Below, piece by piece: positions 1 to 7,924 of a stretch of DNA of 58,718 bases. A program made the translations under genes and the position numbers. Under the pieces are notes generated by a model. The model had not been told where the DNA came from. It ran no database searches and was given only the letters and a program-made list of their open reading frames with translations. Numbering within the stretch: the first letter of the stretch is position 1; each line of letters opens with the position of its first letter. Source of the stretch: a virus (Duplodnaviria > Caudoviricetes); the IMG/VR virus record IMGVR_UViG_3300025653_000041, positions 1 through 58,718 of that record; one strand, given 5' to 3'.

Positions 1-496
1 TCTACTACGCCCACTAGGTGAAGGTTTCTTCCGCTTTAACATGCAGTTTGACTTTGACCCTGAAATTAAAGGCGACTTAGAAGTTAAGGCACGTGGAACT
101 GAAAGTCTTATGGCTAACGAAGTACGTAGCCAGCGTTTGATGCAGTTCTTACAAGTAGCAAGTAGCCCAGCACTTGCACCTTTTGCTAAGTTCCAATATG
201 TAATCCGTGAGATTGCAACATCACTTGACTTAGACCCCGACAAAGTAACCAACAATATGGATGAAGCTGCTCTGCAAGCAGAGATTATGAAAGGCTTCCA
301 AGCACCTGCACAACCAGAACAAGGTATGGCTACTGGTAGTCCAATGGACCCAACTGGCGCAGGTGGTGGTAATATAGGCACAGGACAAGTTCCTGTACCG
401 GGTGAACAAGGATTTAGTGCAAATGGACAAGAAGCAAATACTCAGCAGCCTCAAGCCGCTGGTGGGCAACAACCACCAATGGGAGGCATTCAATAA
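1..496 (+). CDS. portal protein, C-terminal fragment (5' truncated)
   Basis: Near-identical to the C-terminus of the full 711-aa ORF 53607..55742 that follows terminase. Confidence 0.85.
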   Translation, partial: LLRPLGEGFFRFNMQFDFDPEIKGDLEVKARGTESLMANEVRSQRLMQFLQVASSPALAPFAKFQYVIREIATSLDLDPDKVTNNMDEAALQAEIMKGFQAPAQPEQGMATGSPMDPTGAGGGNIGTGQVPVPGEQGFSANGQEANTQQPQAAGGQQPPMGGIQ

Positions 497-638
497 TTAC
501 TTAGATGATGCAATAGAACAGCATCACAAGGTAATGGAACAATCAACGGATACTGTTGCACTGCATAGACAACAAGGTGCAATAACTGTATTACGTAGGC
601 TAAAACAACTAAGAGATGAGATAAATGGAATTACCTAA
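423..638 (+). CDS. small conserved protein downstream of portal (head-associated)
   Basis: MDKKQILS... ORF overlapping the portal stop; conserved in the second copy; LHRQQGAI helix typical of small post-portal genes. Confidence 0.7.
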   Translation: MDKKQILSSLKPLVGNNHQWEAFNNYLDDAIEQHHKVMEQSTDTVALHRQQGAITVLRRLKQLRDEINGIT

Positions 639-2895
639 GTCAAAATCCCCTGATGCTTTTGAAAGGTTTAAAGAGGACCGTAGTAAAGTATATAAAGCAA
701 ACAAAAATAAAGTTGTAGAACATTTACAAAAAAGAGGATTACGTAAAGAAGCTATAGCTGCTATGTTAGCTAATATAGATGTTGAAACAGGTGGTTCTTT
801 TGACTTTACCCAAAAACAAACAGTATCTGGTCGTGCTGGCGATCCTGAAACAGTAAAAGGTGGGGGTGTAGGATTATTTCAATTTGATGATTATCAAAAA
901 GGTGTAGGTAATGAATCTTGGTATAAAGAATACTTAGAAGATTCTGGTAAAAAAGACAGTACCGAATCTCAAATAGACTACGTATTAGATGCTATATATG
1001 CAGAGAGTGATAAAGACGTAGGATGGAAATCTAAGTTAAAAATTGGAAAAGGTGATCTTGAAGTACTTAAACAATATTTAGATACTACCGAAAATCCTCG
1101 TGATATAGCAGATGCATTTGTTGACCGTTTTGAAAAAGCAGGGATACCACATTCTGATAAACGTAGAAATAGAACTGATAAGTATTTTAAAGAATTATCT
1201 TCTGAACAAAACATAAATCAAAATGAACCTATACAAGATGTAGGCAAAGATATTCCTATGAAAGACGAAAAGTTTCCTATGGAAAGAGTACAAGACATAC
1301 CAGAAGAAAAAAGTATGTATGAAACTATAAAGCCGTATGTCCCTATACTACGGCACTTTAATGAAGGTGGAGCAGTACCAATGCAAAAACAAATGGAAAT
1401 GTTTGAGGACGGTGGACTCAAAGATGAAGGTGGTTCAGTAGACCCTGTATCCGGCAATGATGTGCCACCCGGTTCTACACAAGAAGAAGTACGTGATGAC
1501 ATTCCAGCACAGCTAAGTGAAGGTGAGTTTGTATTCCCTGCTGATGTAGTGCGCTTTATTGGTCTTAACAATCTTATGCAGATGCGACAGCAAGCTAAGA
1601 TGGGGTTGAAACAAATGGAAGAGATGGGTCAAATGGGTAATAGCGAAGAAGCTACTATGCCAGATGATTTGCCGTTTGACATTAATGACCTTGACATGGA
1701 AGATGAGTTGGAGTATAATGTTGGTGGTTTTGTTCCCGGCACATTAGAGCAGCAGCAATATGGTATTAGTGGTATGCAAAAAGCTGATGCACCAACAACG
1801 GGCGTAGCAGCCGTACCACAACAAGCTGCATCAAGTCAGTATGTACAACCTATACAAGCTGCAGTGCCTACTGCTCCTGTGTACAAACCTGCAGAAGTTC
1901 CTACCTTTAAAGGCTTTGTAGGAGAGAATGTTCCCGGCGTGGATTTTGAATATGTAGAATATAAGAATGAAGCAGGTAATATTATTAAACTACGTAAAAG
2001 TAAAACAACAGGTGACTTACTAGACCCTGTACCAGAAGGCTATACATTTGTAGACCCAGAGGCTACTAAGGTAGAAGAAGCAACTGTAGCACCTACAACA
2101 CCGCAAACTACCAGTGTACGTGAAGAACAGACAGGTGGGGAAGACCGTGACTCTTATGGTCCTACTGATGAAGAAATATATGGTCCGGGTGGAGGACGTT
2201 TAAGTGTAGCTGGTGAAAAATATGGTGTATCTTTTGGTAATATGGGTGGTTTACCGGGTCCTGCGGGTGCTGTTCAGGGTGTGTTTGGATTAGCAACAGG
2301 CAAGGCACTACCGTCAGGTGCTACAGTTACTTTTCAAAATGCTGACGGTAAATTTACTCTTAAAGGAAGTGAATATAATGCTCTTAAAAATACTATTGCG
2401 GGTGCAGATGGTGGTGTAAATTCACCAGAAGTAAAAACTATGTTTGATGATTTGAAAAAATCTGCACAAGCAAGAAAAGAAACAGAACAAAAAATAAAAG
2501 AAGAAAAAGAAAGACGGGATAAAGATAAAAGAACCAAAGAACAACAACGTCAAGATGCTATTGCAGAACAAGTGGAAAAGGCACAAATAAAAACTGACAT
2601 TAAACAAGCCCAAGCAAAAGCAAGAGCAGAAATGAAAGCAAAAGAAGATGCTGCCGCTACTGCCGCAAGAATATCAAGAGAACAATCTGAAATAGCTAGT
2701 GGGCAGTATCAAGATTCTGGTGGTAATGATACTACTGCTCAACAAGCCTCAGATGATTATACAGCAAGTGCAGTTTCTGAAGCAGTAAGCACAGGAGATT
2801 ATAGTAGAGGTTTTAATGAAGGTGGCCTAGCTTCTAAACCAAAACCTAAAGTTAAGAAGAAAATGAAGCGTGGTGGATTAGCTTCTAAAAAATAA
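625..2895 (+). CDS. putative internal virion protein with N-terminal phage tail lysozyme-like domain
   Basis: N-term GLRKEAIAAMLANIDVETG...GVGLFQF...FVDRFEKAG resembles Phage_lysozyme2; followed by DDIPAQLSEGEFV motif; lies between portal and scaffold. Confidence 0.65.
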   Translation: MELPKSKSPDAFERFKEDRSKVYKANKNKVVEHLQKRGLRKEAIAAMLANIDVETGGSFDFTQKQTVSGRAGDPETVKGGGVGLFQFDDYQKGVGNESWYKEYLEDSGKKDSTESQIDYVLDAIYAESDKDVGWKSKLKIGKGDLEVLKQYLDTTENPRDIADAFVDRFEKAGIPHSDKRRNRTDKYFKELSSEQNINQNEPIQDVGKDIPMKDEKFPMERVQDIPEEKSMYETIKPYVPILRHFNEGGAVPMQKQMEMFEDGGLKDEGGSVDPVSGNDVPPGSTQEEVRDDIPAQLSEGEFVFPADVVRFIGLNNLMQMRQQAKMGLKQMEEMGQMGNSEEATMPDDLPFDINDLDMEDELEYNVGGFVPGTLEQQQYGISGMQKADAPTTGVAAVPQQAASSQYVQPIQAAVPTAPVYKPAEVPTFKGFVGENVPGVDFEYVEYKNEAGNIIKLRKSKTTGDLLDPVPEGYTFVDPEATKVEEATVAPTTPQTTSVREEQTGGEDRDSYGPTDEEIYGPGGGRLSVAGEKYGVSFGNMGGLPGPAGAVQGVFGLATGKALPSGATVTFQNADGKFTLKGSEYNALKNTIAGADGGVNSPEVKTMFDDLKKSAQARKETEQKIKEEKERRDKDKRTKEQQRQDAIAEQVEKAQIKTDIKQAQAKARAEMKAKEDAAATAARISREQSEIASGQYQDSGGNDTTAQQASDDYTASAVSEAVSTGDYSRGFNEGGLASKPKPKVKKKMKRGGLASKK

Positions 2896-2967
2896 TCCAC
2901 AATTCGTTGGCTACTCACTCCCCATGCCCGACAGTGTGGCTACGGTGGCCCCAACAAGGAGAATACA
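2896..2967 (+). promoter_or_regulatory. structured 5' leader of scaffold gene
   Basis: GTTGG/CCAAC closing stem, CCATGC/GTGTGG and GGCTAC/GTGGCC stems next to SD AAGGAG; U-G to C-G change in the second copy. Confidence 0.5.
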
Positions 2968-3834
2968 ATGAACGATACAATCATGGCAGAAGAAATGCAG
3001 TCAACACCAAAGGCAGCATTTGTAAATAAACCTTACACGCAAGAAGAACGAGTAAAGCGTGATGAGGAAGAACTAGAAGAACTGATGAAGGCACGTGACG
3101 GTGAAGAAGAAGTAGAGGAAGTAGAAGCTGAACCTACTAGCGCAGAAGAGAAAACATTTAAGAAGCGTTACTCTGACCTACGCCGACATCAGCAGAAACA
3201 AGCAGAAGAATTTAAGACTGAACTAGCTGCGCTTAAAAGTCAACTGGAAAGTGCTACTAAGAAAGAAATGAAGTTGCCTAAGTCCGATGAGGACATTGAA
3301 CAATGGGCTTCAGACTATCCTGATGTAGCAGCTATCGTTGAAACAATTGCAATGAAGAAGGCACGTGAGCAATCAACTGCTCTTGAAGAACGTCTTAAAG
3401 CAATTGATGAGTTACAAAACTCAGCTACGAAAGAAAAAGCAGAAGCAGCATTAATGCAGATGCATCCAGACTTTGATGACATTCGTGACAGTGATGACTT
3501 CCACGAGTGGGCAGAAGAACAACCTAAGTGGGTACAAGACGCACTGTACGAGAATGATAATGACGCACGTTCAGCAGCAAGAGCAATCGACCTCTACAAA
3601 TCAGATAGAGGCATTGGCAAAGAAACTAAGAGCAAGAGCAATAAGAGTGCAGCAGAGGCGGTTTCGACAAAGAATAAAAGAAGCAAGCCGCAAAGCGATG
3701 AAGCGTCTACATACCTTAAAGAGTCAGATGTAGACAAAATGTCTACACAAGAGTATGAGAAACACGCAGATGAAATCATGGATGCTATCCGTAGTGGTAA
3801 GTTTATCTATGATTTATCTGGCTCTGCACGATAA
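2968..3834 (+). CDS. capsid scaffolding protein
   Basis: Acidic coiled coil, FKKRYSDLRRH and HPDF motifs, C-terminal IMDAIRSGK; directly upstream of MCP. Confidence 0.8.
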   Translation: MNDTIMAEEMQSTPKAAFVNKPYTQEERVKRDEEELEELMKARDGEEEVEEVEAEPTSAEEKTFKKRYSDLRRHQQKQAEEFKTELAALKSQLESATKKEMKLPKSDEDIEQWASDYPDVAAIVETIAMKKAREQSTALEERLKAIDELQNSATKEKAEAALMQMHPDFDDIRDSDDFHEWAEEQPKWVQDALYENDNDARSAARAIDLYKSDRGIGKETKSKSNKSAAEAVSTKNKRSKPQSDEASTYLKESDVDKMSTQEYEKHADEIMDAIRSGKFIYDLSGSAR

Positions 3835-3841
3835 AAAAGAG

Positions 3842-3869
3842 TTGACAAGTACTTATTTATAAGTATAAC
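3842..3869 (+). promoter_or_regulatory. sigma70-type promoter for major capsid gene
   Basis: TTGACA-16-TATAAC, retained in the second copy. Confidence 0.65.
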
Positions 3870-3889
3870 TATAGTCATGTATGATGTAA

Positions 3890-4075
3890 ACGGGTTAGCT
3901 ACTTGTTTACATTGTCAATCCGCAAACGACAAAAATCTTAAAGATTACCTGATTAGCATGGCCTATTGAGTACATTGGTTGCAACCCTTGTATAAGATAC
4001 ACCCTACGTTAGACAGCCTCTGCAAAGAATTGTACTGTTTGCATCTGTACAATCCAAAACAATAGGAGATGGATT
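3890..4075 (+). ncRNA. putative structured RNA in the 5' UTR of the major capsid gene
   Basis: Several hairpins; changes between the two copies are compensatory or wobble-compatible in stems, or fall in loops. Confidence 0.6.
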
Positions 4076-5131
4076 ATGGCTTTCCCAAGAGCAGCGGGTT
4101 ACAACAACTTACCTAATGGTAATTTTAGCCCGGTAATTTACTCCAAACAGGTGCAGCTTGCATTCCGCAAGGCCGCTGTTTGTGACGCAATTACGAATAA
4201 CGACTACTTTGGTGAAATCGCAAACTTTGGTGATTCAGTTAAAATCATTAAAGAACCCGAAATCACTGTTAAGGCATACGAACGTGGTACTACAATCACG
4301 CCGCAAGACCTTGACGATGAAGACTTCACACTGACCGTTGACAAAGCAAACTACTTTGCATTCAAAGTTGACGACATTGAAGAAGCACATTCGCACGTAA
4401 ACTTTGAGTCTCTCTCAAGCAACCGTGCAGCATACCGCCTAGCCGACCAGTTTGACCAAGATGTTCTTGGCTACCTGTCAGGCTTTAAGCAGTCTGCAAT
4501 CAGTGGTACACCTGACACTGTTAACAACGTAGTTAACGGTACTAAGTCAGTTACAACTGCTGGTTCTGACGAACTGCTGGCAAGCATGAAGCTGAATGCA
4601 TCCGACTTCAACGCAGGTAATGCTGCTAACTGTGTCGGTCTGAAGCCTCGCGCATCAGAAGCTGTTCCTACAACTGCTGGTGTAGCTAACCCACTTACCG
4701 TGATTGCACGTATGGCACGTCAACTTGACCTGCAAAACGTAGACTCTCAGGGACGTTGGTTGGTTGTTGACCCAGTGTTTGTTGAACTGCTGAAAGACGA
4801 AGACTCACGTCTGTTTGATTCAGACTTTGGTGGTTCTGGTCTGCAGAATGGTTTGATTCTGAATAACCTGCATGGCTTTAAAGTCCATGTTTCTAACAAC
4901 CTACCTAAAGTTGGTACTGGTCCTTCTACTACTGGTGGAACCAATGCTAATAACTTTGGTGTGATTGTTGGTGGTCATTCATCAGCCGTTGCTACTGCTG
5001 ACCAAATCAACAAGACTGAGACTTACCGCGACCCGGACAGCTTCGCTGATATTGTCCGTGGTATGCATCTGTATGGCCGCAAGATTCTTCGTCCTGAAGC
5101 ACTTGTTAACGCCAAATACTGCTTGGTATAA
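4076..5131 (+). CDS. major capsid protein
   Basis: FSPVIYSKQVQLAF, FAFKVDDIE, C-terminal DIVRGMHLYGRKILRPEA typical of podovirus HK97-fold MCPs. Confidence 0.92.
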   Translation: MAFPRAAGYNNLPNGNFSPVIYSKQVQLAFRKAAVCDAITNNDYFGEIANFGDSVKIIKEPEITVKAYERGTTITPQDLDDEDFTLTVDKANYFAFKVDDIEEAHSHVNFESLSSNRAAYRLADQFDQDVLGYLSGFKQSAISGTPDTVNNVVNGTKSVTTAGSDELLASMKLNASDFNAGNAANCVGLKPRASEAVPTTAGVANPLTVIARMARQLDLQNVDSQGRWLVVDPVFVELLKDEDSRLFDSDFGGSGLQNGLILNNLHGFKVHVSNNLPKVGTGPSTTGGTNANNFGVIVGGHSSAVATADQINKTETYRDPDSFADIVRGMHLYGRKILRPEALVNAKYCLV

Positions 5132-5143
5132 GGAGAATAGATT

Positions 5144-5623
5144 ATGGCACTAGGTGATAACACTCTCCAAGCCGCACGTGGCAACTCGCAGCGTGGGCGT
5201 AATCCATACATGGTTCAGACCACATTTGACTTTGCAACAGCACTGTCTGACAAAGGTGGCGCACTTGCCGCTGGCGATGTCATTCCAGTAATTGCTGTTA
5301 AAAAAGGCATGATGGTGATGAATGCAGGTATTGAAGTTGATACTGCCTCTGACGGTTCTACTCTTACTGTAGACCTTGGCATGATTGCAGCTGAAGATTT
5401 CGTTGATGGTTTTGACGGAACTTCTGCAGCAGGTGTTGTAGCACAGAACCCAGCAGCCTATTCTCCACGGATGGCTGTTGCTGATGACAACATCGACCTC
5501 AAACTTGTTACCCTGTCAGGTGGCGCAGTTACTACGGGTAAACTCCGTATCTGGGCTGTCATCATGGATTGCAATGACGAAGGCGATTTGACTGCTCAAG
5601 AAGTAGCACGTGACTTTGCTTAA
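5144..5623 (+). CDS. putative capsid decoration/minor capsid protein
   Basis: Beta-rich 159-aa ORF between MCP and terminator. Confidence 0.55.
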   Translation: MALGDNTLQAARGNSQRGRNPYMVQTTFDFATALSDKGGALAAGDVIPVIAVKKGMMVMNAGIEVDTASDGSTLTVDLGMIAAEDFVDGFDGTSAAGVVAQNPAAYSPRMAVADDNIDLKLVTLSGGAVTTGKLRIWAVIMDCNDEGDLTAQEVARDFA

Positions 5624-5636
5624 ATAACATAGTATT

Positions 5637-5670
5637 GGGGCAGGGCAACTTGCCCCTTTACCTTTATTTT
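5637..5670 (+). terminator. Rho-independent terminator after capsid genes
   Basis: GGGGCAGG-GCAA-CTTGCCCC hairpin followed by a T-rich tract. Confidence 0.8.
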
Positions 5671-5686
5671 ATTATAAGGATGCACA

Positions 5687-6403
5687 ATGGCATACACTTA
5701 CCTAGACATTACTAATGAAGTCATTGCACGTATGAATGAAGTTGCGCTTACGTCAGCTAACTTTGGTTCTGCCCGTGGCTTTCAGGTACAGTGTAAGAAT
5801 GCAGTCAATGATGCTATCAACTATGTCAACCAGCGAGAGTTTGGTTGGCCTTTTACACATTCAACACAGACACAAACATTAGTAGCTGGGCAAACACGCT
5901 ACACTATTCCTGCTGATGCACAGTCCGTAGACTACGATACATTTAGAATTAGCAAAGACGATACTCTAGGTGTGTCAGGAATTACTTTACGTATTATAGA
6001 TTACAAAGAATATACACAAAAATATATTGACCAAGAAACTACATCAGATGTAGGCGCAGTTCCTATCTATGTATTTCGCACACCAGATAATAACTATGGC
6101 ATGTATCCATACCCAGATAAAGCCTATGAACTAAAATATGAATACTTCCAAAAACCTACAGCTTTGTCAGCGCATGGTGATGTACCTACCATACCAGAGC
6201 AGTTCAGACAAGTGATTGTAGATGGTGCTACTGCATACGCATATCAGTATCGTGGTGAAGCACAACAGTATGGAATTAACTTTGCACGTTTTGAGGACGG
6301 TATTAAACAAATGCAAACTATTCTTCTCAATCGTGCTGACTACGTTAGGTCTACATATATTCCCTACTCACAAAGGTATGGTGCTGGCGCGGGTGGATTT
6401 TAG
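5687..6403 (+). CDS. tail adaptor (tail tubular protein A-like)
   Basis: TYLDITNEVIARMNE N-terminus, WPF, YPYPDKAY and PTIPEQF motifs; position after capsid genes. Confidence 0.75.
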   Translation: MAYTYLDITNEVIARMNEVALTSANFGSARGFQVQCKNAVNDAINYVNQREFGWPFTHSTQTQTLVAGQTRYTIPADAQSVDYDTFRISKDDTLGVSGITLRIIDYKEYTQKYIDQETTSDVGAVPIYVFRTPDNNYGMYPYPDKAYELKYEYFQKPTALSAHGDVPTIPEQFRQVIVDGATAYAYQYRGEAQQYGINFARFEDGIKQMQTILLNRADYVRSTYIPYSQRYGAGAGGF

Positions 6404-6412
6404 AGGTTTTAA

Positions 6413-7921
6413 ATGGCAGATGAATCTGGCCTTAATCCCTTTGTGTTTGCATGTCAAGGTGGTCTAGTTCTCGACCAATCAACCTTTGCAATGCAGCCGG
6501 GGATGGCACTTGAACTAGAAAACTTTGAACCTGCCACTACTGGTGGGTACAGACGTATCTCAGGTTATAACAAGTGGAACTCTAACATTGTTCCGCAAGA
6601 CCAATCTGCCAGTGAGTCTGTACTTATGTCGGCATACTTTAAGGGTAGTATCCTAGCCGCACGTGGACGTAAGATACATAAGGCTGCAACAGGTAGCGGT
6701 TCTTGGACTGAGATAGACTCAGGTAGAACAAGTGCAGGACGCTATACATTCTTTAGATACAATCTAGCTGGCACAGATTTTATTGTATGGGCTGATGGTG
6801 CTAATCGTGCATCTAAATATGACAATACTACTGTAACAGATATTAACGCTACTGGCGCACCTACAGACCCTAAGTTTGTAACCGGATTCAAGAACGCACT
6901 ATTCTTTGCTGGTATGTCTTCTACTCCACAAGAGTTAGTATTTACTGCACCATACACCGATACGGATTTTAATACGGCTAACGGTGCTGGTTCTATAAAA
7001 GTAGATAGTGATATTACAGGATTGTTTCCGTTTCGTGATGCACTGTATATCTTCTGTGAAGAACGTATATTTAAGCTGGTAGGTAACACTGTAGCTGACT
7101 TTGTACTGCAACCTGTAACAAGAGAGATTGGTTGCCTCAACGGATTTACCATCCAAGAATTTGCAGGTGATATTATTTTCTTAGGTCCAGATGGACTGCG
7201 TACTGTTGCTGGTACAGAGAGAATTGGTGACGTAGAACTTGGTACAATCAGTCGCGCAGTGCAAGAACGCTTTGAAGGACTGTCTGACGTAGATGAGTTT
7301 GACAGTGTAATTATCCCAGATAAGACACAGTATCGCATCTTCTTTAGTAACAATGCTACGCCGCGTTCTACCACTACTGGTGTTATCTGTGTACGTAAAG
7401 GTGATAGCTACGAGTTTGCAGATATTAAAGGTATCAGGCCAAGTAGCACAGACAATATTGTAGTAGCAGGTGACACTATTGTAGTACACGGAGACTTTGA
7501 TGGTTACGTGTATCGGCAAGAACAAGGCGATGACTTTGACGGTAACGTAGTAACAGGCAAGTATCGTTCTCCTGATTTGACTATGGGCGATGCAGGACTA
7601 CGTAAGACCTTTGAACGTGTTATCATTAACTATGCACCAGAAGCGGCAGTTAACGCTGACTTGTTTGTACGATACGACTATGAGTCACCAAATGTGGCAA
7701 GACCAGCAGCGTACCCATTTGATACAGCTACATCGGTAGCTATCTATGGTACATCTACATACGGCGTTGCAACATACGGTGGACAATCTAACCCATTGGT
7801 AAGACAACCGATTGAAGGCAGTGGATTTGCTGTAGCACTGCGGGTTAACGATAGAGGCACATCAGCACCATATTCACTTAAAGGATTTCAGCTAGAGTTC
7901 CAAGCTGATGCAAGGAGATAA
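6413..7921 (+). CDS. tail nozzle (tail tubular protein B-like)
   Basis: GGL...LENFEP...GGYRR N-terminus, beta-propeller-like composition, follows adaptor. Confidence 0.7.
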   Translation: MADESGLNPFVFACQGGLVLDQSTFAMQPGMALELENFEPATTGGYRRISGYNKWNSNIVPQDQSASESVLMSAYFKGSILAARGRKIHKAATGSGSWTEIDSGRTSAGRYTFFRYNLAGTDFIVWADGANRASKYDNTTVTDINATGAPTDPKFVTGFKNALFFAGMSSTPQELVFTAPYTDTDFNTANGAGSIKVDSDITGLFPFRDALYIFCEERIFKLVGNTVADFVLQPVTREIGCLNGFTIQEFAGDIIFLGPDGLRTVAGTERIGDVELGTISRAVQERFEGLSDVDEFDSVIIPDKTQYRIFFSNNATPRSTTTGVICVRKGDSYEFADIKGIRPSSTDNIVVAGDTIVVHGDFDGYVYRQEQGDDFDGNVVTGKYRSPDLTMGDAGLRKTFERVIINYAPEAAVNADLFVRYDYESPNVARPAAYPFDTATSVAIYGTSTYGVATYGGQSNPLVRQPIEGSGFAVALRVNDRGTSAPYSLKGFQLEFQADARR

Positions 7922-7924
7922 TTA

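Larger units (their letters stand above)
1..4259 (+). repeat. left copy of diverged terminal overlap (matches 55247-58718)
   Basis: Same gene order (portal C-term, small ORF, acidic virion protein, scaffold, MCP start) at both ends, with many SNPs and a 787-bp net length difference. Confidence 0.95.

Noticed and set aside
1-4259. Direct terminal repeat of the virion DNA
   Set aside because: The copies are not identical and start/end mid-gene; real termini more likely lie near 43.7-44.3 kb.
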